Virus record (IMG/VR): IMGVR_UViG_3300042879_003295
Span: 1 to 57,950 of that record
DNA length: 57,950 nt
Strand: one strand, 5' to 3'
Origin: a virus
Taxonomy: Duplodnaviria > Caudoviricetes
Part shown: positions 35,885 to 45,478 of the stretch, piece after piece
Layout of the letters: each line of letters opens with the position of its first letter
Numbering within the stretch: position 1 is the first letter of the stretch
The notes under the pieces: generated by a model
What the model was told of the DNA's origin: nothing
The model's database searches: none
Seen by the model: the letters and a program-made list of their open reading frames with translations, nothing else
Translations under genes and position numbers: made by a program

Positions 35885-38800
35885 TTATACGGTGAAGAGT
35901 CTCCAACCAAAGGTTGTGTTTCCAGAGTAAACCAACTCAAATGCAGCACCCTCAATGTTAACAGTTAGGTTATCGGCATCACCCTGAATTCTTTGTCCAT
36001 TACGAGCAACAGTGAGTGCATTACTATCAAAAGTATTTGCAGCATCAAAGAATCTAACTGTATCTCCTATATTTGGAGAAGCAGGAAGTGTTAGAGTAAC
36101 TGCACCACCAGAAGTATTAACCCACACTTGTTGGAATGCTTCTACGTTGGTATTGCTAGAAACACTAACATTATAAAACTGCCCAACAGGGACCCAAGAA
36201 GTTCCATTATAATTTTCTAGATAAGATCTGGTGGTGTTATATCTTACAGCACCAGTGTTAGGAGTAAGAGGTCTCTGACCATCAGTTCCTAGTGGAGGAA
36301 CCATTGCGTCGTTGCCCATCTTAGCTCTCTTCAGATAACCAACAACTGCAAATTCTGTTGGAACTGCTGAGTTTGAGTTACCACTCATCGTCTCATCAGC
36401 TGAGAATTCGTTAATTGCCTCACCAATTTGACCACCAAGAGAACCAAGTCTCAGTTCTGTCAGACCAGAAAGGTTAAACGCTGAAGCATCAAGAGTTGCA
36501 GAACCAGTTAACTGGTTAACTGCGAATAGGTCTCCAACTCGGAAGTTACCACCTTGGTCAGTGGATACATAGAAAACTTTACCAGGACCAAAGGTATTTG
36601 TTTCATTACCCTGAGCAACGTTTGCTTCGTTAACATTTGGATAATTTGTCTCTACTTTATTCCCAGTACCAATCGATAAGAAGTCGTGACCTGTTAAACG
36701 AGCATTGGAGAAATTTTCTCTGATCTCAATATAAGATCCATAAGTACTTCCAATCGCAGTGTTACCAGTATTTGTTCCCGCAACAAGTCCTCTTGTATCA
36801 ACTGTTGCAATTGCCTTTTCAGGAGCAATACGAATGGTTGCCCTATTACGATAAGTAACAATACCAGCAGAAGTTTTAACTTCGAAAGAAGTAGTGAATC
36901 CACTTATAGAAGTAATAATATAATAATTAGAGTCTGTTCCAATTCCAGCGACTCCTGATCCTGCCAACGTTGTCGTAAATCCAACAGCAGTTCCGACTAA
37001 TGGCTCTTCAGATAAATTATCAACCTCAAGAATAACACCCTTTTGACCACTTATAGATCCAACAGTTGGTGAAATTCTAAATGCACCAGTATATCCAGCT
37101 CCAATTACATCAACCCACTCACCAGTAATAAATGTTGTGGTTCCAATACCAACACCAACATATGGGCTTCCATAACCATCTTCATATAAGAAATAATATC
37201 TATCAGAAGATGATTGGTCATTTAGGATATTACCACGAGCACCAGATGCAGTTCCTCTGATACTATCACCAATTGCAACAGTTCCTTTAATAGATCCAGT
37301 GACAATCTCTAAACGATCTCCAAGAAGTCTTCCAAAAATTGGAGTTTCTGCAGTTGAGAATCCAGAAGAAATAACTCCATAATCACCATAAGAATTATTA
37401 CCACCAACGGAACGAATTCTTGATCCACCACCAGAGTAATAACCCCATTTTGCATAATAAGTGAAGCAAGAAACAATCTCAGCTCTTGCATCTCGATCAA
37501 GAACAAATCCAGCACCATCACTTAGAACATTAGTGTAAGCATCAAACACCATCGATTTAGCACCATATGGGTGTACACCACCATCGATGAATACACCAAC
37601 ACCAGCGCCACCACCATAACCATCTGTAGCTGGATCACCGAATGAAGTACAATCCTTAACATAAGGTGATTTATTTGAGATTGGAGAATCTGGATTAAAT
37701 GCAAAGTATATACCACAAGCAGTATTTCCAGATCCCGTTCTAACAGTTGTTGCTGACAATTCATATGGGCGAGTTGGTTCATAATTAAATCCAACAAGAC
37801 CAGATACGTTCAGACCCTGAATCGTAGTTGCATCAGACAACTTAAACATTGTCTGTCTATTATTTGGTGTTATATTATCAGAAGATAATCCATCAGCAGG
37901 ACGGATCTTAGAAGCCCTAAGTGTATTACCAACAATACTTGTGAATGGAGGTACTGTAATTGGAAGTTGTTCAGCAAACTCCGAAGCAGACAAACGAATA
38001 ACCGCAGGAGAAAGGTTTGTAACAGTACCACCTGCAACATAAGTATGAGTAATTGTTGAAGTTCCCACATTAACTGTAAATGTATTATTATCAATAACAT
38101 CAACAACATTAAAGTAAGATCCAACTTCAGTATCTGGGAAAACAGTAGTTGTAACACCAACAAATACTAGACCACCACTAACATAAATGTGTGGAATTGT
38201 GGAAACTCCAACGTTAACCTCAAATTGAGTTGGAGAATTAACTTGAGTTACAGTGAAATTATAACCTTGAGTTCCATCTGGGAATATTGTTGTGGTGATT
38301 CCAGATCCACCAGGACAAGTAAACTCAATATTTCTTAAACGAACAATATCACCATTCTGAACAAAGTTTGTTGCAGTAGTTGTAACAGTAGTGATACCTG
38401 TAGAATTAGCGTATATTACATTCTGAATATTATAACTATTACCTCCACTCAAGCACTCAAATTCGATATCATCCAATTTAATAGTAATATTTGGATAAAG
38501 AATGCCATGAGCAGGAGCTGTAATAGTTGATATACCAGATTCTTTGGAATATACAAAGTTTGTAATATTTGTTACAGCACTTGCAGTTTCGCAAGCATAC
38601 TTTAAAGTTCTAAATGCTAAATCTGGGGTGCTTCCATTAAATGTATCGTGCCCTTGCTCTGGGTCTGCATAATAAACTCTAGTTGCATTACCAATCGTTG
38701 TCCAAATTGGAACACCAGTTGTAGAAACACCCAATGCCTGATAAGTTGATCCAATTGCCAAACGAGTAGGTGCTGATGCATCTCTAATCAGAACATCACC

Positions 38801-39985
38801 TTTCGTTGTAAGAACAGCGTTAGAATCTCCAATTGCAAGAGCACCCCACTTAGTTGGGTCTGTTCCTGGGATAACACCGTTAATCGCAGAGTTTCCAATA
38901 GCAACGTATGCAGAAGAAGAATACTCAACTACGCTATTCTTATAGTAGGTTGTAGTAGTGCTCCAAGTTCCTACAAAATTAAGTCCAGTATTAAACAGTT
39001 CCCAAGTATCACTTGCAGAAGCAGCACCACCACCAGCGATAAATGAAGTTGTTGTACCAACCGTAACTGTTAGATTATTAGAAGGAGTTGTTCCTCCAAT
39101 CGATGATCCAAAAACAGTTAATTGCTCAGTTGCAGAATATCCAACACCAGGTTGATTAACACCTACAGTATTTACATTTCCAGAACCATCTCTAGAAATT
39201 GTAAATGATGCACCACTACCAGAACCACCAAAACCAGGAACTGAGAAATATTGACTGTTTGCGGCACCAACAATCGTTCCACCACCAGTATATGTAATGG
39301 TCTGAATAACACCACTAATTAATGAAGTTTGACCAATTCCAAGTTGATTGAGAACTGGGTTAATTCCAGTAGAAACACCAACTTTTAATCGATAAGTATC
39401 TCCACCAATCTGAACAAGATCACCTTGATTATAGGTTTCCGTATTATTATATGTACCGATACCTAGTGGGTTTGTTCCTGGAGTTAAAACCTGCCACTTA
39501 GTTCCAATATTTAAATTGGGAAAATCATCAATACCAGTAGTTGTAATGGCAACATAAGAGTTACCATTATAAAGTACAACGTCACCAGCTTGATATTCAG
39601 TGAAAGAATTATAATTACCCTCCCCATTAAACCCAGAGATATACTCTACAAAATTTGTTGATGCTGCACCAACTGTTGTAAAGAAATTTGTAGAAAACCC
39701 TGTGGTTACTCTATATTGCCTATTACCATACTTAAAGATGTCATTGACAGCATAATAAGTATTCGTTACAAAATCTCCTCTATTTCTTATACCATCAGTA
39801 TTAAGAGACCATTTTGAGATATCAGTGGCATACCAACCTGATGTAGAACCAACCGAAGTATGATTGGTGGTACAAACATAGGTATTCGCACCAAATTTTA
39901 CAATGTCGTCAATAACGTATGCAGTACTGGGAACCCAATCGCCCTTCCAGTTAAATTTCAGTCTACCAAGTCTAAATTCTGCCAT
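35885..39985 (-). CDS. Large tail fibre/virion structural protein (1366 aa)
   Basis: N-terminal repeats (W/F/Y....Y...D.V.Y....Y), Gly/Thr/Ser-rich body, C-terminal NTSGG..T.TLPASP..GD.V...D fibre domain. Confidence 0.8.
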   Translation of the reverse strand: MAEFRLGRLKFNWKGDWVPSTAYVIDDIVKFGANTYVCTTNHTSVGSTSGWYATDISKWSLNTDGIRNRGDFVTNTYYAVNDIFKYGNRQYRVTTGFSTNFFTTVGAASTNFVEYISGFNGEGNYNSFTEYQAGDVVLYNGNSYVAITTTGIDDFPNLNIGTKWQVLTPGTNPLGIGTYNNTETYNQGDLVQIGGDTYRLKVGVSTGINPVLNQLGIGQTSLISGVIQTITYTGGGTIVGAANSQYFSVPGFGGSGSGASFTISRDGSGNVNTVGVNQPGVGYSATEQLTVFGSSIGGTTPSNNLTVTVGTTTSFIAGGGAASASDTWELFNTGLNFVGTWSTTTTYYKNSVVEYSSSAYVAIGNSAINGVIPGTDPTKWGALAIGDSNAVLTTKGDVLIRDASAPTRLAIGSTYQALGVSTTGVPIWTTIGNATRVYYADPEQGHDTFNGSTPDLAFRTLKYACETASAVTNITNFVYSKESGISTITAPAHGILYPNITIKLDDIEFECLSGGNSYNIQNVIYANSTGITTVTTTATNFVQNGDIVRLRNIEFTCPGGSGITTTIFPDGTQGYNFTVTQVNSPTQFEVNVGVSTIPHIYVSGGLVFVGVTTTVFPDTEVGSYFNVVDVIDNNTFTVNVGTSTITHTYVAGGTVTNLSPAVIRLSASEFAEQLPITVPPFTSIVGNTLRASKIRPADGLSSDNITPNNRQTMFKLSDATTIQGLNVSGLVGFNYEPTRPYELSATTVRTGSGNTACGIYFAFNPDSPISNKSPYVKDCTSFGDPATDGYGGGAGVGVFIDGGVHPYGAKSMVFDAYTNVLSDGAGFVLDRDARAEIVSCFTYYAKWGYYSGGGSRIRSVGGNNSYGDYGVISSGFSTAETPIFGRLLGDRLEIVTGSIKGTVAIGDSIRGTASGARGNILNDQSSSDRYYFLYEDGYGSPYVGVGIGTTTFITGEWVDVIGAGYTGAFRISPTVGSISGQKGVILEVDNLSEEPLVGTAVGFTTTLAGSGVAGIGTDSNYYIITSISGFTTSFEVKTSAGIVTYRNRATIRIAPEKAIATVDTRGLVAGTNTGNTAIGSTYGSYIEIRENFSNARLTGHDFLSIGTGNKVETNYPNVNEANVAQGNETNTFGPGKVFYVSTDQGGNFRVGDLFAVNQLTGSATLDASAFNLSGLTELRLGSLGGQIGEAINEFSADETMSGNSNSAVPTEFAVVGYLKRAKMGNDAMVPPLGTDGQRPLTPNTGAVRYNTTRSYLENYNGTSWVPVGQFYNVSVSSNTNVEAFQQVWVNTSGGAVTLTLPASPNIGDTVRFFDAANTFDSNALTVARNGQRIQGDADNLTVNIEGAAFELVYSGNTTFGWRLFTV

Positions 39986-39997
39986 TTTTTGTTTCCT

Positions 39998-40363
39998 TTA
40001 TTTTGGTCCTATGGTGGTGTAATCGTAGGTGCCATTCACCTGGATAACAAAGTAACCATCATTATCAATAAAATAATTCAAATTTCTTCGGTCAAATCTT
40101 ATCTGTTGGTATTTATCTTGCGGATGATTTGTTAAAGTTTTTTCTTCAGTAGTCTCTTCAACATAATCCTGATAATCAGAAACTTCTATAACTTGAGACC
40201 CATCTTTTCTATAATTAATATCTATAGAAGTTTCAGTTGTAGACGCTGCGCTTACTTTTGTAAGCCATAGCATATCGTCCTCATCTCTTCTCAAAGCATA
40301 AACATAATAACCATTGGAATCGGAAAAAGAATTGGAGTTGGCTCCACTGAGTGTTAATGCCAT
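39998..40363 (-). CDS. Hypothetical protein in the fibre operon
   Basis: Coupled to the upstream gene (TAATG overlap); YQQIRFD.R.L.YFID.DGY. Confidence 0.7.
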   Translation of the reverse strand: MALTLSGANSNSFSDSNGYYVYALRRDEDDMLWLTKVSAASTTETSIDINYRKDGSQVIEVSDYQDYVEETTEEKTLTNHPQDKYQQIRFDRRNLNYFIDNDGYFVIQVNGTYDYTTIGPK

Positions 40364-40869
40364 TATTGTAATAAGCTCCAAACAGTACCAGTCCATAAAA
40401 ATGAAATACGACCCCCAGCAACATCTAAGAGCATGGGTTCATTTTCCAAATTACCAATTTGATCCTGAATTTGAGCAATCCCTAAAGTATTAATTTGTAC
40501 GGGATTAGTTGACCAGCATAACAGTGGATCAGCTACTTCAACGCTATCACCAACAGCTAAAGAACTTGTTGGTAAATTTAGTTGTATAGTACCACCTCTC
40601 GTGTCTACCAAATACCTTTTTTGTACTGCTAGTCCGATGCTTACTCCATCAGCAGAAAGTTCTGATGAAGACAGAGATGATTGATCTAGATAAGTCCACT
40701 GAGCTGTCAGTCCTGTAGGTGCTTGTGCAATAACTTTAATATTGGCACCATCACGAATATAAATTCGCTGATCAGGGATATTTACGGCTATTTCACCATC
40801 GGCAAGTTGAGAAATTGTGGGAACAATACCCAAATTTCGACTTCTTTTTGGTTTAATAATCGTCGCCAT
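40363..40869 (-). CDS. Short fibre-related protein
   Basis: IKPKRS...G.VP....L.DGEIA.N..D fibre N-terminal motif; DT.GG...L.LP....GD.V...D domain shared with the 1366-aa protein. Confidence 0.7.
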   Translation of the reverse strand: MATIIKPKRSRNLGIVPTISQLADGEIAVNIPDQRIYIRDGANIKVIAQAPTGLTAQWTYLDQSSLSSSELSADGVSIGLAVQKRYLVDTRGGTIQLNLPTSSLAVGDSVEVADPLLCWSTNPVQINTLGIAQIQDQIGNLENEPMLLDVAGGRISFLWTGTVWSLLQ

Positions 40870-40892
40870 TAATTCAGGATAAAAAGATTTTA

Positions 40893-40902
40893 ATTATTTA
40901 TA
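40893..40902 (-). promoter_or_regulatory. T4-type late promoter heading the fibre operon
   Basis: TATAAATA on the minus strand about 25 nt before the ATG at 40869. Confidence 0.65.
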
Positions 40903-40916
40903 TCCTTATAAAATCA

Positions 40917-41531
40917 CTAATGGAGAAATAGATTAAAGCTCAACGTTCTCCTCTCTTTTTTATTAATATGTTTACCAACCCAATGCATTAAATTACTTGG
41001 AAACAAAAATGTTTTACCAATTTCTTGATATGGTCTATAATGTTCATTATCCCAAAAAAACTCAAGATTAGTTTTTTCCATTTCTGTGGCATCATCAGGA
41101 AGATCTAAAATAATAATTCCAGATACATTTCCTCTGTGATCATGTGGTGGAGTATAATCTAATTGTTCATAACGATTAATCCACACGTCCAAAAGTTCTT
41201 CGGAAAAAGTTGACTTTGGCAAAATTATTTGCTTATCATATACACCACTTTGTCGGTTATAAGCCTGACAAATTTGCAAAAGAAAAAAAGATAATCCCGT
41301 TTCAAAAGAAGATTTTGGAGTTAAATAAATCACCTCAAAATCTCTAGAAAGTAAATTAGGAAAATCTTTATTATCAGTAAATTTTGACGAGCATATTTTC
41401 TTTTGCTCTTCATTCATTTCATCAACATAAAGATTTAACTTTGTAATAATATCTTCTGGACATTGGCATTCTAAAATCATAGGTCCAAAAGGTTTACAAA
41501 ATCCTATATTATATTCATTCTCCATGTTCAT
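40917..41531 (-). CDS. Putative 2OG-Fe(II) oxygenase
   Basis: WIN......Y.PPHDH, FPSNL.HWV, ERRTLSFN. Confidence 0.8.
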   Translation of the reverse strand: MNMENEYNIGFCKPFGPMILECQCPEDIITKLNLYVDEMNEEQKKICSSKFTDNKDFPNLLSRDFEVIYLTPKSSFETGLSFFLLQICQAYNRQSGVYDKQIILPKSTFSEELLDVWINRYEQLDYTPPHDHRGNVSGIIILDLPDDATEMEKTNLEFFWDNEHYRPYQEIGKTFLFPSNLMHWVGKHINKKERRTLSFNLFLH

Positions 41532-42129
41532 TTAAGATATCAGTGTAATTTATAAAGCAGGTCATGATATACTTATCCCCAGAAACAGGAACTGTTCCCT
41601 CGTGCTCAAAAAGATAATTGCAGGGAAACATAACAACCTTTCCCTTTTCTGGTTTTATATAAACTTCAAGTTGTCCAAAATTTGTTCCACCACCCTCATC
41701 AACATCATTTAAGTATCCTATAAATCCAAAGACCCTGTGAACATTTGCTCCTGCAGTTTGATCACAATGTTTTTTAAAATAACCATCTCCTTTATGATAT
41801 ACCCTTACTGAGTAATCCCTAGCGGACATTGGTTGTGCAATTGGAGTTGGGTGAAGTTTGGAATATTCATCATAAACATTAAATATAATTTTTGTCATCA
41901 AGTCAGATATTGGATCATCTTTATCTGGATATGCCTGCATTGTCTTCTTTTTATCCAAAACAATGTTGTTGGCAAAATCTTTACCGCTCGCATGACCACC
42001 ATACACTTGTCCCTGTTGATGCAAATCTTCATTACAGTGAAACCATTTAATTAGCATATCACAATACTCATCAGGAATAATTTTTGGGAATTCCTGAATG
42101 AGTTCGCTAAGTTTAGTGTTATTGTTCAT
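41515..42129 (-). CDS. Prolyl 4-hydroxylase-like 2OG-Fe(II) oxygenase
   Basis: HCD, YLNDV.EGG.T.F, FP...LF.H, GDKYI. Confidence 0.88.
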   Translation of the reverse strand: MNNNTKLSELIQEFPKIIPDEYCDMLIKWFHCNEDLHQQGQVYGGHASGKDFANNIVLDKKKTMQAYPDKDDPISDLMTKIIFNVYDEYSKLHPTPIAQPMSARDYSVRVYHKGDGYFKKHCDQTAGANVHRVFGFIGYLNDVDEGGGTNFGQLEVYIKPEKGKVVMFPCNYLFEHEGTVPVSGDKYIMTCFINYTDILNEHGE

Positions 42130-42310
42130 TTTTCTTTTTACAAGCGTCTCTTGCCCAAGCACGACTTAGACTATTTACATTAGAACAAGACTTTCCAGAT
42201 TCCCCACAGTAAGGACATTTTGCATCTGGGGGATCTTTTAAGTATCCTTCAGGTGTGTACATCCTTTTCTTTTTGTTATTCTCTGCTTGTTTATATTTAC
42301 GATGGTTCAT
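42119..42310 (-). CDS. Small basic Cys-containing protein
   Basis: CPYCG...C...C; overlaps both neighbours. Confidence 0.6.
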   Translation of the reverse strand: MNHRKYKQAENNKKKRMYTPEGYLKDPPDAKCPYCGESGKSCSNVNSLSRAWARDACKKKNEQ

Positions 42311-42558
42311 ACAACCACTGGATCTCCTTGACCTTGTGAAAGGTATGAGTCTTGTGCAGCGGGTAGTCCAATCTGTCCTGGTAGTTGCTTATCAGTTGTA
42401 GAAGTCACATCGATAATCTGATCTAGAATAAAACGATAGCGACTATAAGAACGATTATTTGGGTCTAATCCAACCATCATTAATGCGTCATTAATATCGC
42501 CACAATGTGCGATGACTCTCCCTGTCCTTGTTTCAGTTACAATCCAGTATTCATTCAT
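42307..42558 (-). CDS. Hypothetical protein
   Basis: Coupled ORF in the operon. Confidence 0.65.
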   Translation of the reverse strand: MNEYWIVTETRTGRVIAHCGDINDALMMVGLDPNNRSYSRYRFILDQIIDVTSTTDKQLPGQIGLPAAQDSYLSQGQGDPVVV

Positions 42559-42802
42559 TTTCGGGTGCCTTTGATGATACTACAGGATTGCGACTCACAT
42601 TTTTAATCACAATAAAAGCATCATTTTGATATGTTACGCTTCCAAATGGTTTTGCCCACTTTGGATTTGCATCTGGATGTGTTGCGGTTCCCGTGACTGC
42701 AACTCCACCAATGTTTACTTCCAGTTTGTCATTTCTATCCCATCCAAGTTTTTCAAGAGCAATCGCAAGTTGCCCCAACATTCCACCTGTTGATTCGATC
42801 AT
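42551..42802 (-). CDS. Hypothetical protein
   Basis: First ORF after the promoter at 42824-42852. Confidence 0.7.
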   Translation of the reverse strand: MIESTGGMLGQLAIALEKLGWDRNDKLEVNIGGVAVTGTATHPDANPKWAKPFGSVTYQNDAFIVIKNVSRNPVVSSKAPENE

Positions 42803-42823
42803 TTTATTTTAAGTCTTTTGATT

Positions 42824-42852
42824 ATTATAAATTATTTTTTAAATGAAGTCAA
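42824..42852 (-). promoter_or_regulatory. Sigma70-type promoter
   Basis: TTGACT-N17-TATAAT. Confidence 0.75.
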
Positions 42853-42887
42853 ATGTGATATAATTAAATTAAATATTAAATTTTAGA

Positions 42888-43502
42888 ATGGCACTCTTTA
42901 CAAAGAACAATAAAAAAATATTTCATATTCACATTCCAAGAGCTGGTGGGAGATATATCAAAGAAGTGCTATTGCAAAATGATTATCAGATTGATCATGA
43001 TGATTATGACCAATCGATTTATGGAATTAGTGTGATGCATTTACACTATCCATTGTATGAAATGCTAGAGGATGTAGCAGCATCTAGACATTTCGCTATA
43101 GTTAGAAATCCATTTACACGATTCGCTTCTGCAGCACATTGCATGATAAAGGAATGGTACTCTGATATGGAAAATGATATTTACTCCACTTTAGAAACTA
43201 AAGAAGGGTTATCACAATTTATAGAGTACCATGCCATTACAAAAAGATATAACGCAAATTGGATGAGATCTCAACATGAGTTTATTTCACCAAAAACAGT
43301 TATCTATAAGTATGAAGATAAATTAGGTAAAGATTTTATTGATTGGTTTAATAAAACTTTTGACGGTGATTTGGAACACAAAGAATATTCATATTACGGA
43401 GACCCAAAAGAATTATTGGAAAATGAAATCAAATCCAATAAAAAAATAGAATCTTTAGTAAAAGACTACTACAAAAAAGATTTTGAGTTTTTTGGATATT
43501 GA
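42888..43502 (+). CDS. Sulfotransferase family protein
   Basis: HIHIPRAGG (PAPS loop-like), FAIVRNP..RF.S, YYKKDFE.FGY. Confidence 0.8.
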   Translation: MALFTKNNKKIFHIHIPRAGGRYIKEVLLQNDYQIDHDDYDQSIYGISVMHLHYPLYEMLEDVAASRHFAIVRNPFTRFASAAHCMIKEWYSDMENDIYSTLETKEGLSQFIEYHAITKRYNANWMRSQHEFISPKTVIYKYEDKLGKDFIDWFNKTFDGDLEHKEYSYYGDPKELLENEIKSNKKIESLVKDYYKKDFEFFGY

Positions 43503-43508
43503 TTGATC

Positions 43509-44669
43509 CTATGGATTAAAAATCCATTTAAAAATCTTGTCTAACCAAGTTTCTTTAACTGGATCTGTAGTCACAATTACACTAGAATCAGGTTTTTTAT
43601 ACATGCAATTTGCAGCATCAAGACCCCAATTATAGTAGAAGTCATTACGATCTACAAATCCATTTTCATTCACATCATCAAACATCCATCTCGCAACGTT
43701 GTCGTCAAAGTCTTTCCAGTCATTAAAGAAATCATCTCTTCCCCAAACCATACAATATTCGTTAATGAATGCTCCATTAGGATATTTGGTCTTATAATCA
43801 TCCTCATAATAATTTGCAAATCTAACATTTGATGCTGAGATTGGCTCAATCACATAAAATCTTGAGGGTTGATTCTGATAAAGAAGTTTTACATAATCAT
43901 TAATGTTATCTGCAATCTTATGACCTTCAGCATCAAAAGTAGGTTGATTCATATCTTCATATAAACCTCTTTCATCAACATATCCATTGCATCCCCAATT
44001 ACATTGTTTGCAGGGATTTGTCATTGGATTTTCACCGAACCAGAATCCAATCTTCCACTTCCAATATGGGAAACACTTTCTAAGTGCCTGAGACTTACAT
44101 TCTTTAGTGACTGCTGTAAGAGCAAGATTGTAAGGAGATGATGCATAAACAAAATCAAATGTTCCAAAGTCTGATACTTTGATAGTCTTATCCTTATAAG
44201 TGTAAGTATCATTCAGATGTGCATCTGGATTATCTACAACTGGAGAAATCTTAGTGTCCTTGAGAGTTGTGATAGTTGTAGACATTCTTTCATAAAGACC
44301 TGAAATCGATTCATTCAAATCTGGATAATGATCTAGGTGATCATGAATATCCTGGACAACTGCACTTAGAAACCAAGCAATAATTTCTTTACCTTCCAGC
44401 GTTTCAATCGTACTAATCAGATCAAAAGCACTCCAAAAAAGATTTGAAAGAAAACTTTGTCCAACGTCTTTATCGTCGGATTCCTGAAGTTTAAGATAAA
44501 TGTCAGGAATTGCAGAGTTCATATTGCTCTGTAATTCAGTTAGAAAAAGATTTAATGTTTGAAAATTTACTTTAATTGTTTCACTTGTTGTTTTCATTGG
44601 TCTATAAAGTTGCGGCCACGTATCTCTATATATTTCTGCTAGTTTATACGGTGTTTCTGATGTGATCAC
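43509..44669 (-). CDS. Hypothetical protein (386 aa)
   Basis: Long ORF overlapping the aldolase stop (GTGA). Confidence 0.7.
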   Translation of the reverse strand: MITSETPYKLAEIYRDTWPQLYRPMKTTSETIKVNFQTLNLFLTELQSNMNSAIPDIYLKLQESDDKDVGQSFLSNLFWSAFDLISTIETLEGKEIIAWFLSAVVQDIHDHLDHYPDLNESISGLYERMSTTITTLKDTKISPVVDNPDAHLNDTYTYKDKTIKVSDFGTFDFVYASSPYNLALTAVTKECKSQALRKCFPYWKWKIGFWFGENPMTNPCKQCNWGCNGYVDERGLYEDMNQPTFDAEGHKIADNINDYVKLLYQNQPSRFYVIEPISASNVRFANYYEDDYKTKYPNGAFINEYCMVWGRDDFFNDWKDFDDNVARWMFDDVNENGFVDRNDFYYNWGLDAANCMYKKPDSSVIVTTDPVKETWLDKIFKWIFNP

Positions 44670-45331
44670 TTTACAAAATACATATGACGACGATATTGTT
44701 CACCTGGACAATTTTCTAAATGCTCAATTTCTTCATCAGGAAGAAAGTTAACTCCACCAAGAAGTTTTGCACCAATAAAGATTTCCGCAGACTTTTCACA
44801 CATCAATGTGGAAGCGGCACAATCTTTTTGGTAAGGTGATGCGGTGATAATACCATGATTCTCCAATAAAATCAACTTTGGAAAATATCCAAAATACTCA
44901 ACAAACTCTCCAACATATTTCTCTACATTTTGAAGGAGTCTTTGTCCAGGAGGGGCATAGGGAACCAGGCAAGAAATAACACCATTTCTTACAATTTGAT
45001 CTGGAAACCAACGCTGATATGCGAAGTCATTTACTGAAGGTGAGCAAAGTATTTGTGTGGTCTTTGATGGATGTGTATGAGCAATATAATTAATCTCTTG
45101 AAAATTTTTCATTATCCAAGCATGAAACAAAGTCTCAATACTTGGTTTTTTCTGTTCTGGATTGATTTGTTGGGCATCTGTATTAACTAAAACTAAGTCT
45201 TCCTCTGAAAGTGTATGAAGACTTGTACCGCTTGCCTTAATTAAAAAAGTATCTTTATCTACTCTTTCGGATACATTACCTTCACCACAAATCGTATAAT
45301 CTGCAATCGTATGTGCCAGATCTAATAGCAT
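44666..45331 (-). CDS. Class II aldolase/adducin family protein
   Basis: EGNVS, IKASG, KPSIE..FH, HTH, LL.NHG. Confidence 0.9.
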   Translation of the reverse strand: MLLDLAHTIADYTICGEGNVSERVDKDTFLIKASGTSLHTLSEEDLVLVNTDAQQINPEQKKPSIETLFHAWIMKNFQEINYIAHTHPSKTTQILCSPSVNDFAYQRWFPDQIVRNGVISCLVPYAPPGQRLLQNVEKYVGEFVEYFGYFPKLILLENHGIITASPYQKDCAASTLMCEKSAEIFIGAKLLGGVNFLPDEEIEHLENCPGEQYRRHMYFVK

Positions 45332-45428
45332 AGTTTATAGAATAAAACCTTGAGATTTTATTTATTTTAACACATATTGATGATTGTATTAAGTTGTTTG
45401 TGAATCAATACAAAAGTAATTATACCAT

Positions 45429-45451
45429 AAAAAAGACCCCGAAGGGTCTTT
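45429..45451 (-). terminator. Intrinsic terminator after psbD
   Basis: AAAGACCC-TTCG-GGGTCTTTTTT on the minus strand. Confidence 0.85.
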
Positions 45452-45478
45452 ACGTTTCCGTAGAATATTATGTTTTTA

